Source of the DNA: Eubacteriales bacterium
GTDB taxonomy: Bacteria > Bacillota > Clostridia > Peptostreptococcales > Anaerovoracaceae
NCBI GenBank assembly: GCA_028692105.1
Contig: JAQUYC010000008.1
Coordinates: 2,097-66,096 of the forward strand
Direction of reading: 5' to 3'
DNA: 64,000 nucleotides
Each line of letters begins with the position of its first letter. Within the stretch, counting starts at the first letter, position 1. This document shows positions 36,125 to 46,439 of this stretch, piece after piece. Under the pieces are notes generated by a model. It made no database searches, was not told the origin of the DNA, and saw only the letters and a program-made list of their open reading frames with translations. A program made the position numbers and the translations under genes.

Positions 36125-37960
36125 ATGGAATTGCTATTAGAAAATGTGCGAAACACCTTCTCAGGCATGCTCTCCAAGATCATGCGGGAAGTATCCAAGG
36201 TAGAAGCCCATAACTATGCAAGAATTGCAGTAATCATAGCCAGTTCTGTTTTACTCGGCAGAGCAGTCTTGCTCTATGCTATTTTCCCTTGTGGGATAGC
36301 GCTCATAACTGTTTTCCTGCACAAGGAAAGAGCAAATATCTACACGCTGCCCTTAATCTTAGGAGGCTTGCTTACAAACTATGGGACAGGCTATGACATA
36401 TGGGGAGATGCTATAGCAATTGGGGTTTGCGGTATCGTATTTTTCCTTACCTCCAGATTAAAAACAGGAATTGTTATTAAAGCTTTCGCAGCTGCCGGAA
36501 TCATGGTTCTGGCGAAATCTATGTATCTCCTTACAGCTCAGCTTGTGTTTATATATGATATCTTCATGATGATCGTTGAAGTGATGTTGATATTATTCCT
36601 TGTCTATATTTTCGATAGATTCTACAGTTTATTAGAAAAAGAGAAAAAAAGCAACAGTACAATGGCTGAAGGAATTATTGCAACTTCAGTAGTTTTCGTA
36701 TTAATGCTTGGAGGTATCGGGATAGAGTCTATAGGTATATTTTCAATCTTATATATTGGAGCCTTATTCATGACACTGATTATTGGGTACAAGATTGGAG
36801 TGATGGAAGGCGGAGCAGCCGGAATCACATCCGGCTTGACAGCTATGCTTGTAACAGCAGCTTCTCCCGCGATTATTGGCATTTTTGCATGCGCAGGAAT
36901 GACAGCAGGTTTTTTCAAAGGTTTGAATAGAATCGTTACCGGCGTCTGCTTTTCGGCGGTTTGCATTGCATTTGGCTTAATAAAGGGATATCCGGAACTT
37001 TATATTTCTATTAATGACCCGCTTTTGGCGGCAGCAATATTTGCTTTGATTCCCGGAAAAGCAATGGAAAGAATTGAGCTTCTTCTGGCAAAAGCCAGAA
37101 AAGATCATATTTACGAAGAAATGGTTGCAATGGATCGGATGAAACTGACTTTAGGTGGTTATCTGCAAACCTTTGAGAAACTGGCATCACTTTACGGCAG
37201 CACAAAGAATAGAAATAATATTATCTCAATGCAGTTTAAGGGAATGTCAAAAGTGACTAAATCCATGATGGAAGTTCTTGATGATCCCGAAGCCGGCATG
37301 CTGACCGTAAAAGAAAAATATGAACTGAAAGTCGGTATATCCGGCTATGCAAAGGAAAGAAATGTATCCGGTGACAGTTATATGTGTTCTGATCTTGCGA
37401 ATGGGGAATACATGATAGCATTAAGTGATGGAATGGGAAATGGAGAAAGCGCATCAAGGGAAAGTGCACTGACAATCACTTCGCTTTATAATCTAATGAA
37501 GGCAGGCTTTGATGTAGAGCTGGCTTTAAAGACAATAAATTCATTGCTTTTATTCAAATCAACTGATGAAATTTTTTCAACTGTAGACCTGGGATTATTC
37601 AATAAGGTAACGGGGAAAATCAAATTATTTAAAATCGGCGCAGCCGCAACTTTTATTAAACGGGGCGATAAGGTAGAGACCATCAAAGTATCGGCACTTC
37701 CGATGGGCATAGTTGATAGTATTCGTGTAAATCACATTGAACTGCAAACCAGAAGAGGAGATGAGATAATTATTGTTTCTGACGGTATTACTGAGGCAGA
37801 TAGAAGCGATACCCAGATGGAATGGATACGGGAAACAATTAAGAACATCAGGTCAAAGGATCCTCAGACAATGTCAGACCTGATAATTAATAAGGCCGTA
37901 GAACGGTATGGATTGAAGGAAAAAGATGATATGACCGTTATCACTGCGATTGTTAATTGA
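36125..37960 (+). CDS. spoIIE: Stage II sporulation protein E (membrane PP2C phosphatase), short form
   Basis: Multi-TM N-terminal half. C-terminal PP2C/SpoIIE domain (VSGDSYMCSDL, IALSDGMGNGESA, VSDGITEA, DDMTVI). Position upstream of tilS-ftsH as in Bacillus. ATG at 36125 lies 8 nt after AAGGGG. Confidence 0.85.
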   Translation: MELLLENVRNTFSGMLSKIMREVSKVEAHNYARIAVIIASSVLLGRAVLLYAIFPCGIALITVFLHKERANIYTLPLILGGLLTNYGTGYDIWGDAIAIGVCGIVFFLTSRLKTGIVIKAFAAAGIMVLAKSMYLLTAQLVFIYDIFMMIVEVMLILFLVYIFDRFYSLLEKEKKSNSTMAEGIIATSVVFVLMLGGIGIESIGIFSILYIGALFMTLIIGYKIGVMEGGAAGITSGLTAMLVTAASPAIIGIFACAGMTAGFFKGLNRIVTGVCFSAVCIAFGLIKGYPELYISINDPLLAAAIFALIPGKAMERIELLLAKARKDHIYEEMVAMDRMKLTLGGYLQTFEKLASLYGSTKNRNNIISMQFKGMSKVTKSMMEVLDDPEAGMLTVKEKYELKVGISGYAKERNVSGDSYMCSDLANGEYMIALSDGMGNGESASRESALTITSLYNLMKAGFDVELALKTINSLLLFKSTDEIFSTVDLGLFNKVTGKIKLFKIGAAATFIKRGDKVETIKVSALPMGIVDSIRVNHIELQTRRGDEIIIVSDGITEADRSDTQMEWIRETIKNIRSKDPQTMSDLIINKAVERYGLKEKDDMTVITAIVN

Positions 37961-37977
37961 AATAATTAGATGCTTTA

Positions 37978-37986
37978 TGGTATAAT
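37978..37986 (+). promoter_or_regulatory. Extended -10 element TGGTATAAT immediately upstream of the tilS ATG
   Basis: TGgTATAAT ends 6 nt before the ATG at 37993. TTGAAA lies 19 nt upstream. No SD-like purine run precedes the ATG. Confidence 0.4.
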
Positions 37987-37992
37987 TCATGC

Positions 37993-39438
37993 ATGATTAT
38001 AGACAAAGTAAAAGATACTATTATTGATAACAGATTGATAGACAAAGGGGAGCATGTCGTAATAGGCCTTTCGGGAGGTCCTGATTCGATGTGCCTTTTT
38101 CATATCCTGTATCAGCTTAAAGAAGAATTGGGCATTGAACTTCATGCAGTTCATATAAACCATGGGCTCAGACCCGGAGCTGCAGATGATGATCAGAAAT
38201 ATGTTGAGGAGTTTTGTGCAGCAAATAAGATTCCATGTGACACTTTTTCGTTTGATGTGAACAAAATCGCCAGCAAAGCAGGTATCTCAAGTGAGGATGC
38301 AGGCAGGCAGGTACGGTACCAATCCTTCTATGAGGTCGCCCAAAAAGTTACTGCAACGACGGGAGCTTCTGTCAAAATAGCGGTTGCACAGAACTTGAAC
38401 GATCAAGCGGAAACAGTATTGATGAGGATCATAAGGGGGACCGGGACCGATGGGCTTGGAGGAATTGAGTACCGACGCAAAGAAAGGGAGAATGCGATCA
38501 TCATTCGACCTCTTCTGGATATAACCAGGCATGAGATTGAAGAATACTGCAGGAAGCTCGATCTAAATCCAAGAATCGATCTGACAAACCTTGAACCGAT
38601 CTACACACGAAATAAGATACGTCTTGAATTGATTCCTTATATCAGGGATAACTTTAATACAAATATCCTTGCTGCGATTAACCGCCTTTCAAAGATAGCA
38701 AAAGAAGATAAAGACTATCTCTATCAAAGGGTTGAAGCGGTCATGGAGCAGTATGTATCGGTTAAAAACAATGATAGGGTATGTATTCCTCTTGATATAT
38801 TGAAAAAGGAACACCCCGCGATACGCCACAGGGTGATATTAAAAATCTTTGAACGCATCGGCCTGACAAAGGATATTACGGCAGTGCATCTTTTACGAGC
38901 AGACCGGCTTCTTGAGGAAGGCAGGACATCTTCCGCATCAGACATCACTGCGGGATATGTCATGGAAATATCATATACAATGGTAGAATTCTATAAGAAA
39001 ACAGAAATAGGGAGAATGGATTTTGAATATAAGATAGAATGGAATAATACCATAATGATTGCTGAATTAAATGCAGAAATAAGGGTAAATGTTTTGAATA
39101 GGCAGGACTTGCGAAGCAGCATGGAAAACGGTAATACAGCCAGCACAGGAAGTATCTGCTTTTTAAGCTTTGATAAAATGAAATCATGCGGTTGGTGTCC
39201 TGTTGTCAGAACAAGACGACAGGGGGACTATATAAGACCTTTAGGCATGAAAGGAAGAAAAAAACTTCAGGATTTTTTTATTGATGAGAAATTTGCCAGG
39301 GAAGAAAGAGAGCGCACTCCTCTTTTGTGTATCGGTTCGGAAGTATTATGGGTCATCGGAAGCAGAGTAAGTGAATCTTACAAGGTCGAGGAAGACACGG
39401 AGCAAATCATTTTACTTGAATACCTGCCAAAGATATGA
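37993..39438 (+). CDS. tilS: tRNA(Ile)-lysidine synthetase
   Basis: PP-loop VVIGLSGGPDSM. C-terminal TilS substrate-binding domain (RTRRQGDYIRPLGMKGRKKLQDFFID). Confidence 0.92.
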   Translation: MIIDKVKDTIIDNRLIDKGEHVVIGLSGGPDSMCLFHILYQLKEELGIELHAVHINHGLRPGAADDDQKYVEEFCAANKIPCDTFSFDVNKIASKAGISSEDAGRQVRYQSFYEVAQKVTATTGASVKIAVAQNLNDQAETVLMRIIRGTGTDGLGGIEYRRKERENAIIIRPLLDITRHEIEEYCRKLDLNPRIDLTNLEPIYTRNKIRLELIPYIRDNFNTNILAAINRLSKIAKEDKDYLYQRVEAVMEQYVSVKNNDRVCIPLDILKKEHPAIRHRVILKIFERIGLTKDITAVHLLRADRLLEEGRTSSASDITAGYVMEISYTMVEFYKKTEIGRMDFEYKIEWNNTIMIAELNAEIRVNVLNRQDLRSSMENGNTASTGSICFLSFDKMKSCGWCPVVRTRRQGDYIRPLGMKGRKKLQDFFIDEKFAREERERTPLLCIGSEVLWVIGSRVSESYKVEEDTEQIILLEYLPKI

Positions 39439-39526
39439 TAAAATTTTTCAATGCTCAAATGCTATGAGCATTAAATAGTGAATTAGTTCTGGAATTACAG
39501 AGCCCGGGAAAGGGGAACAACAGAAA

Positions 39527-41587
39527 TTGAATAGAGTTTTTAAGAACTTGAGTATATACATCTTGATTTTTGGGTTGGTGCTTGCGATAGCTTGGTTTTA
39601 TCAGGGGGTGCCGAAGCAGGAGATCAGGGAAGTAGATTTTTCAGAGTTTGCCACTCAGTTAAAAAACGAGAAGGTAGAAGAGCTTGAAATCAATGATCGT
39701 ACATTGTTGGGCACATTAAAAAACGGCAATAAGGTTATAGCGTATGCACCGTCCATATTGGATATCAACAGACTCAGCGAACAGTATATTGACCCTCAAA
39801 TGAAGGATGGCAAGATCTCTGTAAAGAGCGACAAACCAAAGACGACACCTTTGATCGTTTCGCTTTTGCCTACTATCATAATGGTATTGATACTTGTTGT
39901 ATTCTGGTTTGTTTTTATGAACCAGGGACAGGGTGGAGGCGGCAAGGTCATGTCTTTCGGAAAAAGCAGGGCAAAGCTGCATAAGGACGACGACCTGAAG
40001 AAAGTAACTTTTGCAGATGTTGCCGGCTTGGATGAAGAAAAAGAGGAACTGCAGGAAGTAGTTGACTTCTTAAAAAATCCAAAGAAATACAAAAATTTAG
40101 GCGCCAGAATACCAAAGGGTATCCTTTTGGTTGGTCCTCCCGGAACAGGGAAAACCTATATTTCCAAAGCTACGGCAGGAGAGGCGGGGGTGCCGTTTTT
40201 CAGCATCAGCGGCTCGGACTTTGTAGAAATGTTTGTAGGTGTCGGTGCATCCAGGGTAAGAGATTTATTTGAACAGGCCAAAAAGAATTCACCGTGTATT
40301 ATCTTTATTGATGAAATAGATGCTGTAGGAAGAAAAAGAGGTGCCGGACTGGGCGGAGGCCATGATGAAAGAGAACAGACTCTGAATCAGCTTCTTGTTG
40401 AAATGGATGGTTTCGGTGAAAATGCGGGAGTCATCATACTGGCTGCGACAAATAGGCCGGACATTTTGGATTCAGCATTGCTGAGACCGGGCAGATTTGA
40501 CAGACAGGTAGTAATAGGCATTCCTGACATCAAAGGCAGGGAAGAAATTTTCAAAGTACATTCCAGAAATAAACCTCTTGATGAAGGTGTCGAACCTAAG
40601 GTATTAGCAAGAAGAACACCGGGGTTTACGCCGGCGGATATAGAAAACATGTTGAACGAAGCGGCATTGCTGACTGCCAGAAGGAACGGCAAAAAAATCC
40701 GGATGGATGAAGTTGAGGAAGCAATTACAAAGGTAATTGCCGGACCCGAAAAGAAGAGCAGAGTAATAAGCGAGGCTGCAAGAAAGCTTACCGCTTATCA
40801 TGAAGCCGGTCATGCGCTGGTAGCAAGAATGATGCCCAACACAGATCCGGTACATCAGATTACCATAATACCAAGAGGAAGAGCTGGCGGATTTACCATG
40901 ATCCTGCCTAAGGAAGATAAATATTATATAACAAAAACGCAGATGATAGAGCAGATTATTCATCTCCTTGGAGGCAGAGTCGCCGAAAAGCTGACATTGA
41001 ATGATATCAGTACCGGAGCAAGCAATGATATTGAAAGAGCTACAGAAATAGCAAGAAGCATGGTTACAAAATACGGATTCAGTGAACGTCTTGGTCCGGT
41101 AAATTATAGCTCATCCGATGAAGTATTCCTCGGAAAAGACTTTTCAACGAGGAAAAATTACTCTGAAGAAATGGCTTCGGAGATAGACGAAGAAATCAGG
41201 ACTATCATTGAAGATGCCTTTGCAACAGCGGAAAAGCTGCTATCAGATAATATTGACAAGCTTCATATGGTTGCCAAGGTGCTGCTGGAAATTGAAACAC
41301 TGGACGGAGAGCAGTTCGAAGCCTTGTTTACAGGGAATAAGACACCGGAACAGCTGATTGAGGAAGTCGAGCATATGGAGAAAGCCCTGAAGGAAGCGAA
41401 TGAGCTTGAGGCAGTGCAAAGTCTTGAGGAAGAGGACGATGAGGAAGACACTCCTGATGTTCAGGAGATGGATGATGAGGAAGTCTCTCTTGATAAGCAA
41501 GAGTTGGAAGAAGAAGCCTCTCAAGATGAGCGGGAGTTCGAAGAAGAGGCGGATCTGCATAAGGGTGCCAAGAAAGAAGAAAAATAA
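39527..41587 (+). CDS. ftsH: ATP-dependent zinc metalloprotease FtsH with a long acidic C-terminal tail
   Basis: Two TM helices. Walker A GPPGTGKT, Walker [12 protein letters not shown]. Zinc motif HEAGHAL. ~70-aa Glu/Asp-rich tail. TTG start after GGGGAA. Confidence 0.95.
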   Translation: MNRVFKNLSIYILIFGLVLAIAWFYQGVPKQEIREVDFSEFATQLKNEKVEELEINDRTLLGTLKNGNKVIAYAPSILDINRLSEQYIDPQMKDGKISVKSDKPKTTPLIVSLLPTIIMVLILVVFWFVFMNQGQGGGGKVMSFGKSRAKLHKDDDLKKVTFADVAGLDEEKEELQEVVDFLKNPKKYKNLGARIPKGILLVGPPGTGKTYISKATAGEAGVPFFSISGSDFVEMFVGVGASRVRDLFEQAKKNSPCIIFIDEIDAVGRKRGAGLGGGHDEREQTLNQLLVEMDGFGENAGVIILAATNRPDILDSALLRPGRFDRQVVIGIPDIKGREEIFKVHSRNKPLDEGVEPKVLARRTPGFTPADIENMLNEAALLTARRNGKKIRMDEVEEAITKVIAGPEKKSRVISEAARKLTAYHEAGHALVARMMPNTDPVHQITIIPRGRAGGFTMILPKEDKYYITKTQMIEQIIHLLGGRVAEKLTLNDISTGASNDIERATEIARSMVTKYGFSERLGPVNYSSSDEVFLGKDFSTRKNYSEEMASEIDEEIRTIIEDAFATAEKLLSDNIDKLHMVAKVLLEIETLDGEQFEALFTGNKTPEQLIEEVEHMEKALKEANELEAVQSLEEEDDEEDTPDVQEMDDEEVSLDKQELEEEASQDEREFEEEADLHKGAKKEEK

Positions 41588-41596
41588 TGTATGCTT

Positions 41597-41623
41597 GAGG
41601 CAGGTAAAATACCTGCCTCTTTC
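41597..41623 (+). terminator. Rho-independent terminator after ftsH
   Basis: GAGGCAGGT-AAAAT-ACCTGCCTC followed by TTTC. Confidence 0.6.
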
Positions 41624-41642
41624 AAAATATAACGAGGCGGCG

Positions 41643-43295
41643 ATGATAACAGCGAAACAAAGACGATATTCAGCAGCACTACGGATTGGAGTCATAACAC
41701 TGATTCTAATTATTGCCCGAATTACTACAGCATCTGCCGATGATTTACATGAAAACGTATACGAGAAGATTATTGCCCATGGCGGGAGTACATATCATGG
41801 CTATGAAACCACCAATTCAGTGGAGGCCATAAATTATGCGATCCAAAGCGGCTATAAGGTTATTGAGCTTGATATGGAGCTTTCATCGGACAATAAGATT
41901 ATTATGCTTCATGACTGGGATAGAACGGCAGTGCATTATTACAATACAAGCTTACCAAAAAAGATATCCCAAAGAAACTTTATGAAACTTTCTGTTCACG
42001 GTAAGTTCGAGGTTCTTACCTTTGATAAACTTGCCGAAATACTTGAAAATAACTCTGAGATAAGAATTGTAACAGATACAAAAGGCAATAACTTAGAACT
42101 CCTGTCAATAATTAAGAAAGAATATCCAACACTCGTTAAACAAATTATACCGCAGATTTATGATTATGATCAGTGGGCAATTGTTAAGGAGATGGGTTAT
42201 TCCGATATTATATTCACGCTGTATGCAATGCATGATATAGAGGAAGAGAAGCTAATTTCATTTGTAAAAAAGAATGATATCTATGCGGTTACAATACCGG
42301 ACTATCTGGTCGAACGAGGATATTGCAGCAGTTTTTCAGAACAAGGAATACAGGTTTATGTCCACACGGTATCTGATTATGAGGATGCACTGCAATATAT
42401 GGAACAGGGCGCTTATGGAGTATATTCCGGGATATTGCTTCCGGAAGAGTTTGCCGGTTTTGAAAAAGACTGCTATCTGGCTGTTGGTGATGATAACGGA
42501 ACAGTTGAAAAACTGACAGATGAAAAGATAGAATCATTAAAGGATCTGATTATCCATGGGACCAAGGGTGATGAGACAGGATACTTTTTTATCGATGGAT
42601 CAGGCCAAATTGCAGATGATGTGACACTTTCCGGTCTGAGCACGGGAAAACATGAACTGAAGGTAAAGGTATTCAGGGACGGAATTCTCCGGGGAGATAT
42701 CAATTATTTTATTTGTAAAGATGATGACAAGTTCCGGATTTTACATAAAAAATATGAGTATAGGATAGATGAGGCAAAAGAAGAAAAAGAATTCACCTCA
42801 GCAATGATAGATGGCAGAGTCCCGCAAGAAATCAGTGATATTCTGAAGTGTTCATTAATTGCAAAAAAAGGGGAGTATGTATTTTATTCGGAAGGAAAAG
42901 CGAAATGTTATATGAATGGGGATGATGTTTTTCCGGTCAGGGAAGGGAGCTTTGGAAAACTGCTGATACCGCTGAGTACTACGGCTCAGTGCCTTGGCGC
43001 TGATTCCGTAACGATGAGCCGTGATAAGGATATCTCGATCATTAACAATAATGAAAAAAGCATGATCATGATCAACAGCAGCCTCCTCAGAAAAGGATTC
43101 GCTCGTCCTGTCAGAATATCAATGCCTGTTGTGCTGTATCTGAATAAGGCTATGGCAGGCGGGGAATTCTATAAGTATTTGACAGGAAGAAGCTTTATTG
43201 AAAAGGAAGATTTGATTATCTTTTTGCCACATAAAATGAAAATGGAGAGCGGCATGGAGAATTCCATTATAAAAGCAGCTAACAATTTATTTTAA
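41643..43295 (+). CDS. Membrane-anchored/secreted GDPD-like phosphodiesterase family protein with a C-terminal copper-amine-oxidase-N-like stalk domain
   Basis: N-terminal anchor ALRIGVITLILIIARITTASA. GDPD-like core IIAHGGSTY...VIELDMELSSDNKIIMLHDWD. C-terminal KLLIPLSTTAQCLGADSVTMSRDKDISII segment. Start at 41643 after the ftsH terminator. The upstream part of the track ORF (from 41400) overlaps ftsH out of frame. Confidence 0.6.
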   Translation: MITAKQRRYSAALRIGVITLILIIARITTASADDLHENVYEKIIAHGGSTYHGYETTNSVEAINYAIQSGYKVIELDMELSSDNKIIMLHDWDRTAVHYYNTSLPKKISQRNFMKLSVHGKFEVLTFDKLAEILENNSEIRIVTDTKGNNLELLSIIKKEYPTLVKQIIPQIYDYDQWAIVKEMGYSDIIFTLYAMHDIEEEKLISFVKKNDIYAVTIPDYLVERGYCSSFSEQGIQVYVHTVSDYEDALQYMEQGAYGVYSGILLPEEFAGFEKDCYLAVGDDNGTVEKLTDEKIESLKDLIIHGTKGDETGYFFIDGSGQIADDVTLSGLSTGKHELKVKVFRDGILRGDINYFICKDDDKFRILHKKYEYRIDEAKEEKEFTSAMIDGRVPQEISDILKCSLIAKKGEYVFYSEGKAKCYMNGDDVFPVREGSFGKLLIPLSTTAQCLGADSVTMSRDKDISIINNNEKSMIMINSSLLRKGFARPVRISMPVVLYLNKAMAGGEFYKYLTGRSFIEKEDLIIFLPHKMKMESGMENSIIKAANNLF

Positions 43296-43312
43296 TTAAT
43301 GCAGGGAGAATT

Positions 43313-43756
43313 ATGAAAGATTACCAAATTGCACATCTAATTAAATCAGAAGACTTAAACCATCACGGTACCCTATTTGCGGGGCGGTCAGCTGAATGGC
43401 TTGTTGAATCGGCTTTTGTGTCAGCAGCAGCACAGCATGGCAGACCCCAGGATGTATTATGTGTCAATATACACGGATTTACTTTTAAAAAGCCGGTGCA
43501 GAAGGGAGACATTATAACCTTCTATTCCAAGGTGGCGAGGGTGGGACAAACAAGTATCACCGTATATGTGAAGGCGACGTCTGAAATTCATGGAACAGCT
43601 CATGTTGACGGATTTTTGACATTTGTTTGCGTTGAGCCGGATACAAAGAGAAAACGTCCTCATGGTATAGTTATGGATGAACCCGTGGATGATGAAGAAA
43701 TCGAGATCAGAAACAGAGCAGAAAAACTGGTAAACGAAAAAAATAAGGTTACTTGA
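43313..43756 (+). CDS. Acyl-CoA thioesterase (hotdog fold)
   Basis: HGTLFAGRSAEWLVE and GDIITFYSKVARVGQTSITVYV, typical of the YciA/BFIT-type hotdog fold. Confidence 0.8.
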   Translation: MKDYQIAHLIKSEDLNHHGTLFAGRSAEWLVESAFVSAAAQHGRPQDVLCVNIHGFTFKKPVQKGDIITFYSKVARVGQTSITVYVKATSEIHGTAHVDGFLTFVCVEPDTKRKRPHGIVMDEPVDDEEIEIRNRAEKLVNEKNKVT

Positions 43757-43804
43757 CGTATGCTCAGAAAAACAAATTTCATATTTATAGGAGGAAAGTA
43801 TTTT

Positions 43805-45346
43805 ATGAATAAGCTTGAAGATCTTCAAACCAAAAAAGCAGCAATTGCTTTAGGCGGAGGACAGAAAAGAATCGATGCGCAGCATGCGCAAGGAAAGCTC
43901 ACAGCAAGAGAAAGAGTAGATCTTCTGTTTGATGAGGGAAGTTTCGTAGAGATTGACGTTTTCGTTTCACATAGGTGCAGCAATTTTGATATGGCAGATA
44001 AGCATGCGCCGGGAGACGGAGTTGTTACCGGATATGGAACCGTTGACGGCAGATTGGTATTTGCTTTTGCGCAGGACTTTACTGTACTTGGCGGATCCTT
44101 GGGCGAATATCATGCAGAAAAAATCGTAAAGGTGCAGAAAATGGCACTAAAAATGGGAGCACCGATTGTTGGTTTGAACGATTCAGGCGGCGCCAGAATT
44201 CAGGAAGGAGTCAATTCACTTTCGGGATTCGGAAAAATATTCTATAACAATACGATTTCATCCGGAGTGATTCCTCAGATTTCCGTGATCATGGGTCCAT
44301 GTGCCGGCGGAGCCGTTTATTCTCCCGCAATTACGGATTTTATCTTCATGGTTGATAAAACCAGTCAGATGTTTATCACCGGACCACAGGTTATCAAGAC
44401 TGTAATGGGAGAGGATGTATCAGTTGAGGCGTTGGGAGGTGCTAAGACCCATAACAGCATTAGCGGTGTTGCCCACTTTATGGAGGGCAATGACAAGGAT
44501 ACGCTTGCTAAAGTGAGAGAGCTGCTAAGCTACCTCCCTTCAAACAATTCGGAAAAAGCTCCAATGCACGAAACCGGCGACAATGCTGACAGATTAATTC
44601 CCGAATTAAATGAAATCCTTCCTGCTAACCCTAACAGGGCATATAATATGTATAAAATTATCGAAAAGATTGCCGATAATGGTTCCATCTTCGATGTTAT
44701 GAAACATTATGCAAAGAACATAATTACTTGTTTTATAAGAATAAACGGACAAACAGTAGGAGTGATTGCAAATCAGCCAATGGTTGCTGCGGGCTGTCTT
44801 GATATCGATTCCTCTGATAAAGCGGCAAGATTTATCAGAAGATGTGATGCTTTTAATATTCCGCTATTGACTTTAGTCGATGTACCTGGTTTCCTTCCGG
44901 GGACAAAACAGGAATACGGCGGGATTATAAGACATGGCGCCAAGATGCTCTATGCTTATTGCGAAGCAACTGTTCCGAAGGTTACTATGATTGTAAGAAA
45001 AGCCTATGGCGGCGCATACATCGGAATGTGTAATAAGGAGCTGGGCGCAGATATCGTTCTTGCATGGCCAAATGCACAGATTGCGGTAATGGGTGCGGAA
45101 GGTGCAGCAAATATCGTATTTAAAAATGAAATTAATCAGGCAGCTGATCCGGCAGAAAAGAGGCAGGAAATGGTCGCAGAGTATGAAGAAAAGTTTAATA
45201 ATCCTTACAGAGCCGCTGAGATGGGTTATGTAGACGATGTAATAGATCCTGCAGAATCGAGGCAGAGAATAGCCGGTGCTTTCAATATGCTGAAATCAAA
45301 GAAACAATCGCTTCCTGTAAAGAAGCATGGAAATATTCCGCTGTAA
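43805..45346 (+). CDS. Acyl-CoA carboxyltransferase subunit (methylmalonyl-CoA decarboxylase alpha / propionyl-CoA carboxylase beta family)
   Basis: [47 protein letters not shown] and [11 protein letters not shown]. Start at 43805 after AGGAGGAAAG. Confidence 0.88.
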   Translation: MNKLEDLQTKKAAIALGGGQKRIDAQHAQGKLTARERVDLLFDEGSFVEIDVFVSHRCSNFDMADKHAPGDGVVTGYGTVDGRLVFAFAQDFTVLGGSLGEYHAEKIVKVQKMALKMGAPIVGLNDSGGARIQEGVNSLSGFGKIFYNNTISSGVIPQISVIMGPCAGGAVYSPAITDFIFMVDKTSQMFITGPQVIKTVMGEDVSVEALGGAKTHNSISGVAHFMEGNDKDTLAKVRELLSYLPSNNSEKAPMHETGDNADRLIPELNEILPANPNRAYNMYKIIEKIADNGSIFDVMKHYAKNIITCFIRINGQTVGVIANQPMVAAGCLDIDSSDKAARFIRRCDAFNIPLLTLVDVPGFLPGTKQEYGGIIRHGAKMLYAYCEATVPKVTMIVRKAYGGAYIGMCNKELGADIVLAWPNAQIAVMGAEGAANIVFKNEINQAADPAEKRQEMVAEYEEKFNNPYRAAEMGYVDDVIDPAESRQRIAGAFNMLKSKKQSLPVKKHGNIPL

Positions 45347-45376
45347 ATCGATTATAGCATTTTAGCACCATTGAAT

Positions 45377-45414
45377 AGCCGTGTTTCATCTTCTGAAACA
45401 ACGGCTGTTTTTTT
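45377..45414 (+). terminator. Rho-independent terminator
   Basis: AGCCGTGTTTCA-TCTTC-TGAAACAACGGCT followed by GTTTTTTT. Confidence 0.7.
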
Positions 45415-45531
45415 ATGGGGCAAGTTTATAAAAAGAAGTTGAGTTGTAAAATGAATTGTTAGTGCTTTGTTGTAAAGGTAAATAACAACGAAAAGTAAAA
45501 GTTAAATGGAAAGATTTTTTATTGTAAAAAC

Positions 45532-45560
45532 TTAGTGATTGAATTATACTATACTAATTA
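45532..45560 (+). promoter_or_regulatory. Candidate sigma-A promoter of coaX-dusB
   Basis: TTGTAA - 17 nt - TATACT. Confidence 0.4.
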
Positions 45561-45635
45561 ATTTGCATGATAATTTTACTGAGGTATTTAGTTGGGATTC
45601 TCTGAGAAAACTTAATATACGAAGGGAGAACAGAT

Positions 45636-46439
45636 ATGTTGTTAGCATTCGATGTGGGGAATACAAACATAGTTTTGGGAATCTTTCAAGATGGCAATCT
45701 GATTCAAAACTGGAGACTGGAAACGGATTACAATAAAAGTGCTGACGAATACGGTATGCTCATCAACCAGCTTTTTAACTATGAGCATCTGAGCACCAAA
45801 GAAATAGAAAATGTCATTATTTCAACGGTAGTTCCATCGGTATTGTACACTTTACAGCACTTATCAATGAAATATTTCAAAAGAAGAGCAATCATAATAG
45901 GTCCGGGAATCAAAACTGGTCTGATTGTAAAGTATGACAATCCGAAACAAGTTGGAGCAGATCGAATTGTAAATGCGGTAGCCGCTTACGCAAAATACGG
46001 CGGCCCTCTCGTTCTGGTTGATTTCGGAACTGCCACAACATTTTGTGCGGTGACGGAAAATGCCGAGTATCTTGGCGGAACAATTGCACCGGGTATCAAG
46101 ATAGCATCTGATGCACTGTTTGAAAAGACAGCCAAGCTGCCAAAAGTAGAGTTGGAAAAGCCGGGACGTGTTATATGCAAAAATACTATAGAGAGCATGC
46201 AGTCCGGCCTTGTCTATGGACATATGGGAATGGTTGATTTTATCATAAAAAAAATGAAGGATGAATTGATGAAATACTCAACAACTGGCAAGACTCCAAC
46301 AGTTGTTGCAACAGGCGGACTTTCTTCACTTATCGAGAGCGGCATTGACTGTATCGATTACGTCGATAAGCTGCTAACATTGGAAGGGTTGGAAATCATA
46401 TATAGAAAAAACAAAGGTCGCAGGCATGAACATAGGTAA
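45636..46439 (+). CDS. coaX: Type III pantothenate kinase
   Basis: [26 protein letters not shown] and VDFGTATT. Confidence 0.92.
   Translation: MLLAFDVGNTNIVLGIFQDGNLIQNWRLETDYNKSADEYGMLINQLFNYEHLSTKEIENVIISTVVPSVLYTLQHLSMKYFKRRAIIIGPGIKTGLIVKYDNPKQVGADRIVNAVAAYAKYGGPLVLVDFGTATTFCAVTENAEYLGGTIAPGIKIASDALFEKTAKLPKVELEKPGRVICKNTIESMQSGLVYGHMGMVDFIIKKMKDELMKYSTTGKTPTVVATGGLSSLIESGIDCIDYVDKLLTLEGLEIIYRKNKGRRHEHR

Noticed and set aside
41400-41642. N-terminal extension of the GDPD-like ORF overlapping the ftsH tail.
   Set aside because: The extension is an out-of-frame read through the repetitive acidic GAAGAA-type tail of ftsH and spans the ftsH terminator. A start with an SD-like GAGGCGG at 41643 gives a normal signal-anchor N-terminus.
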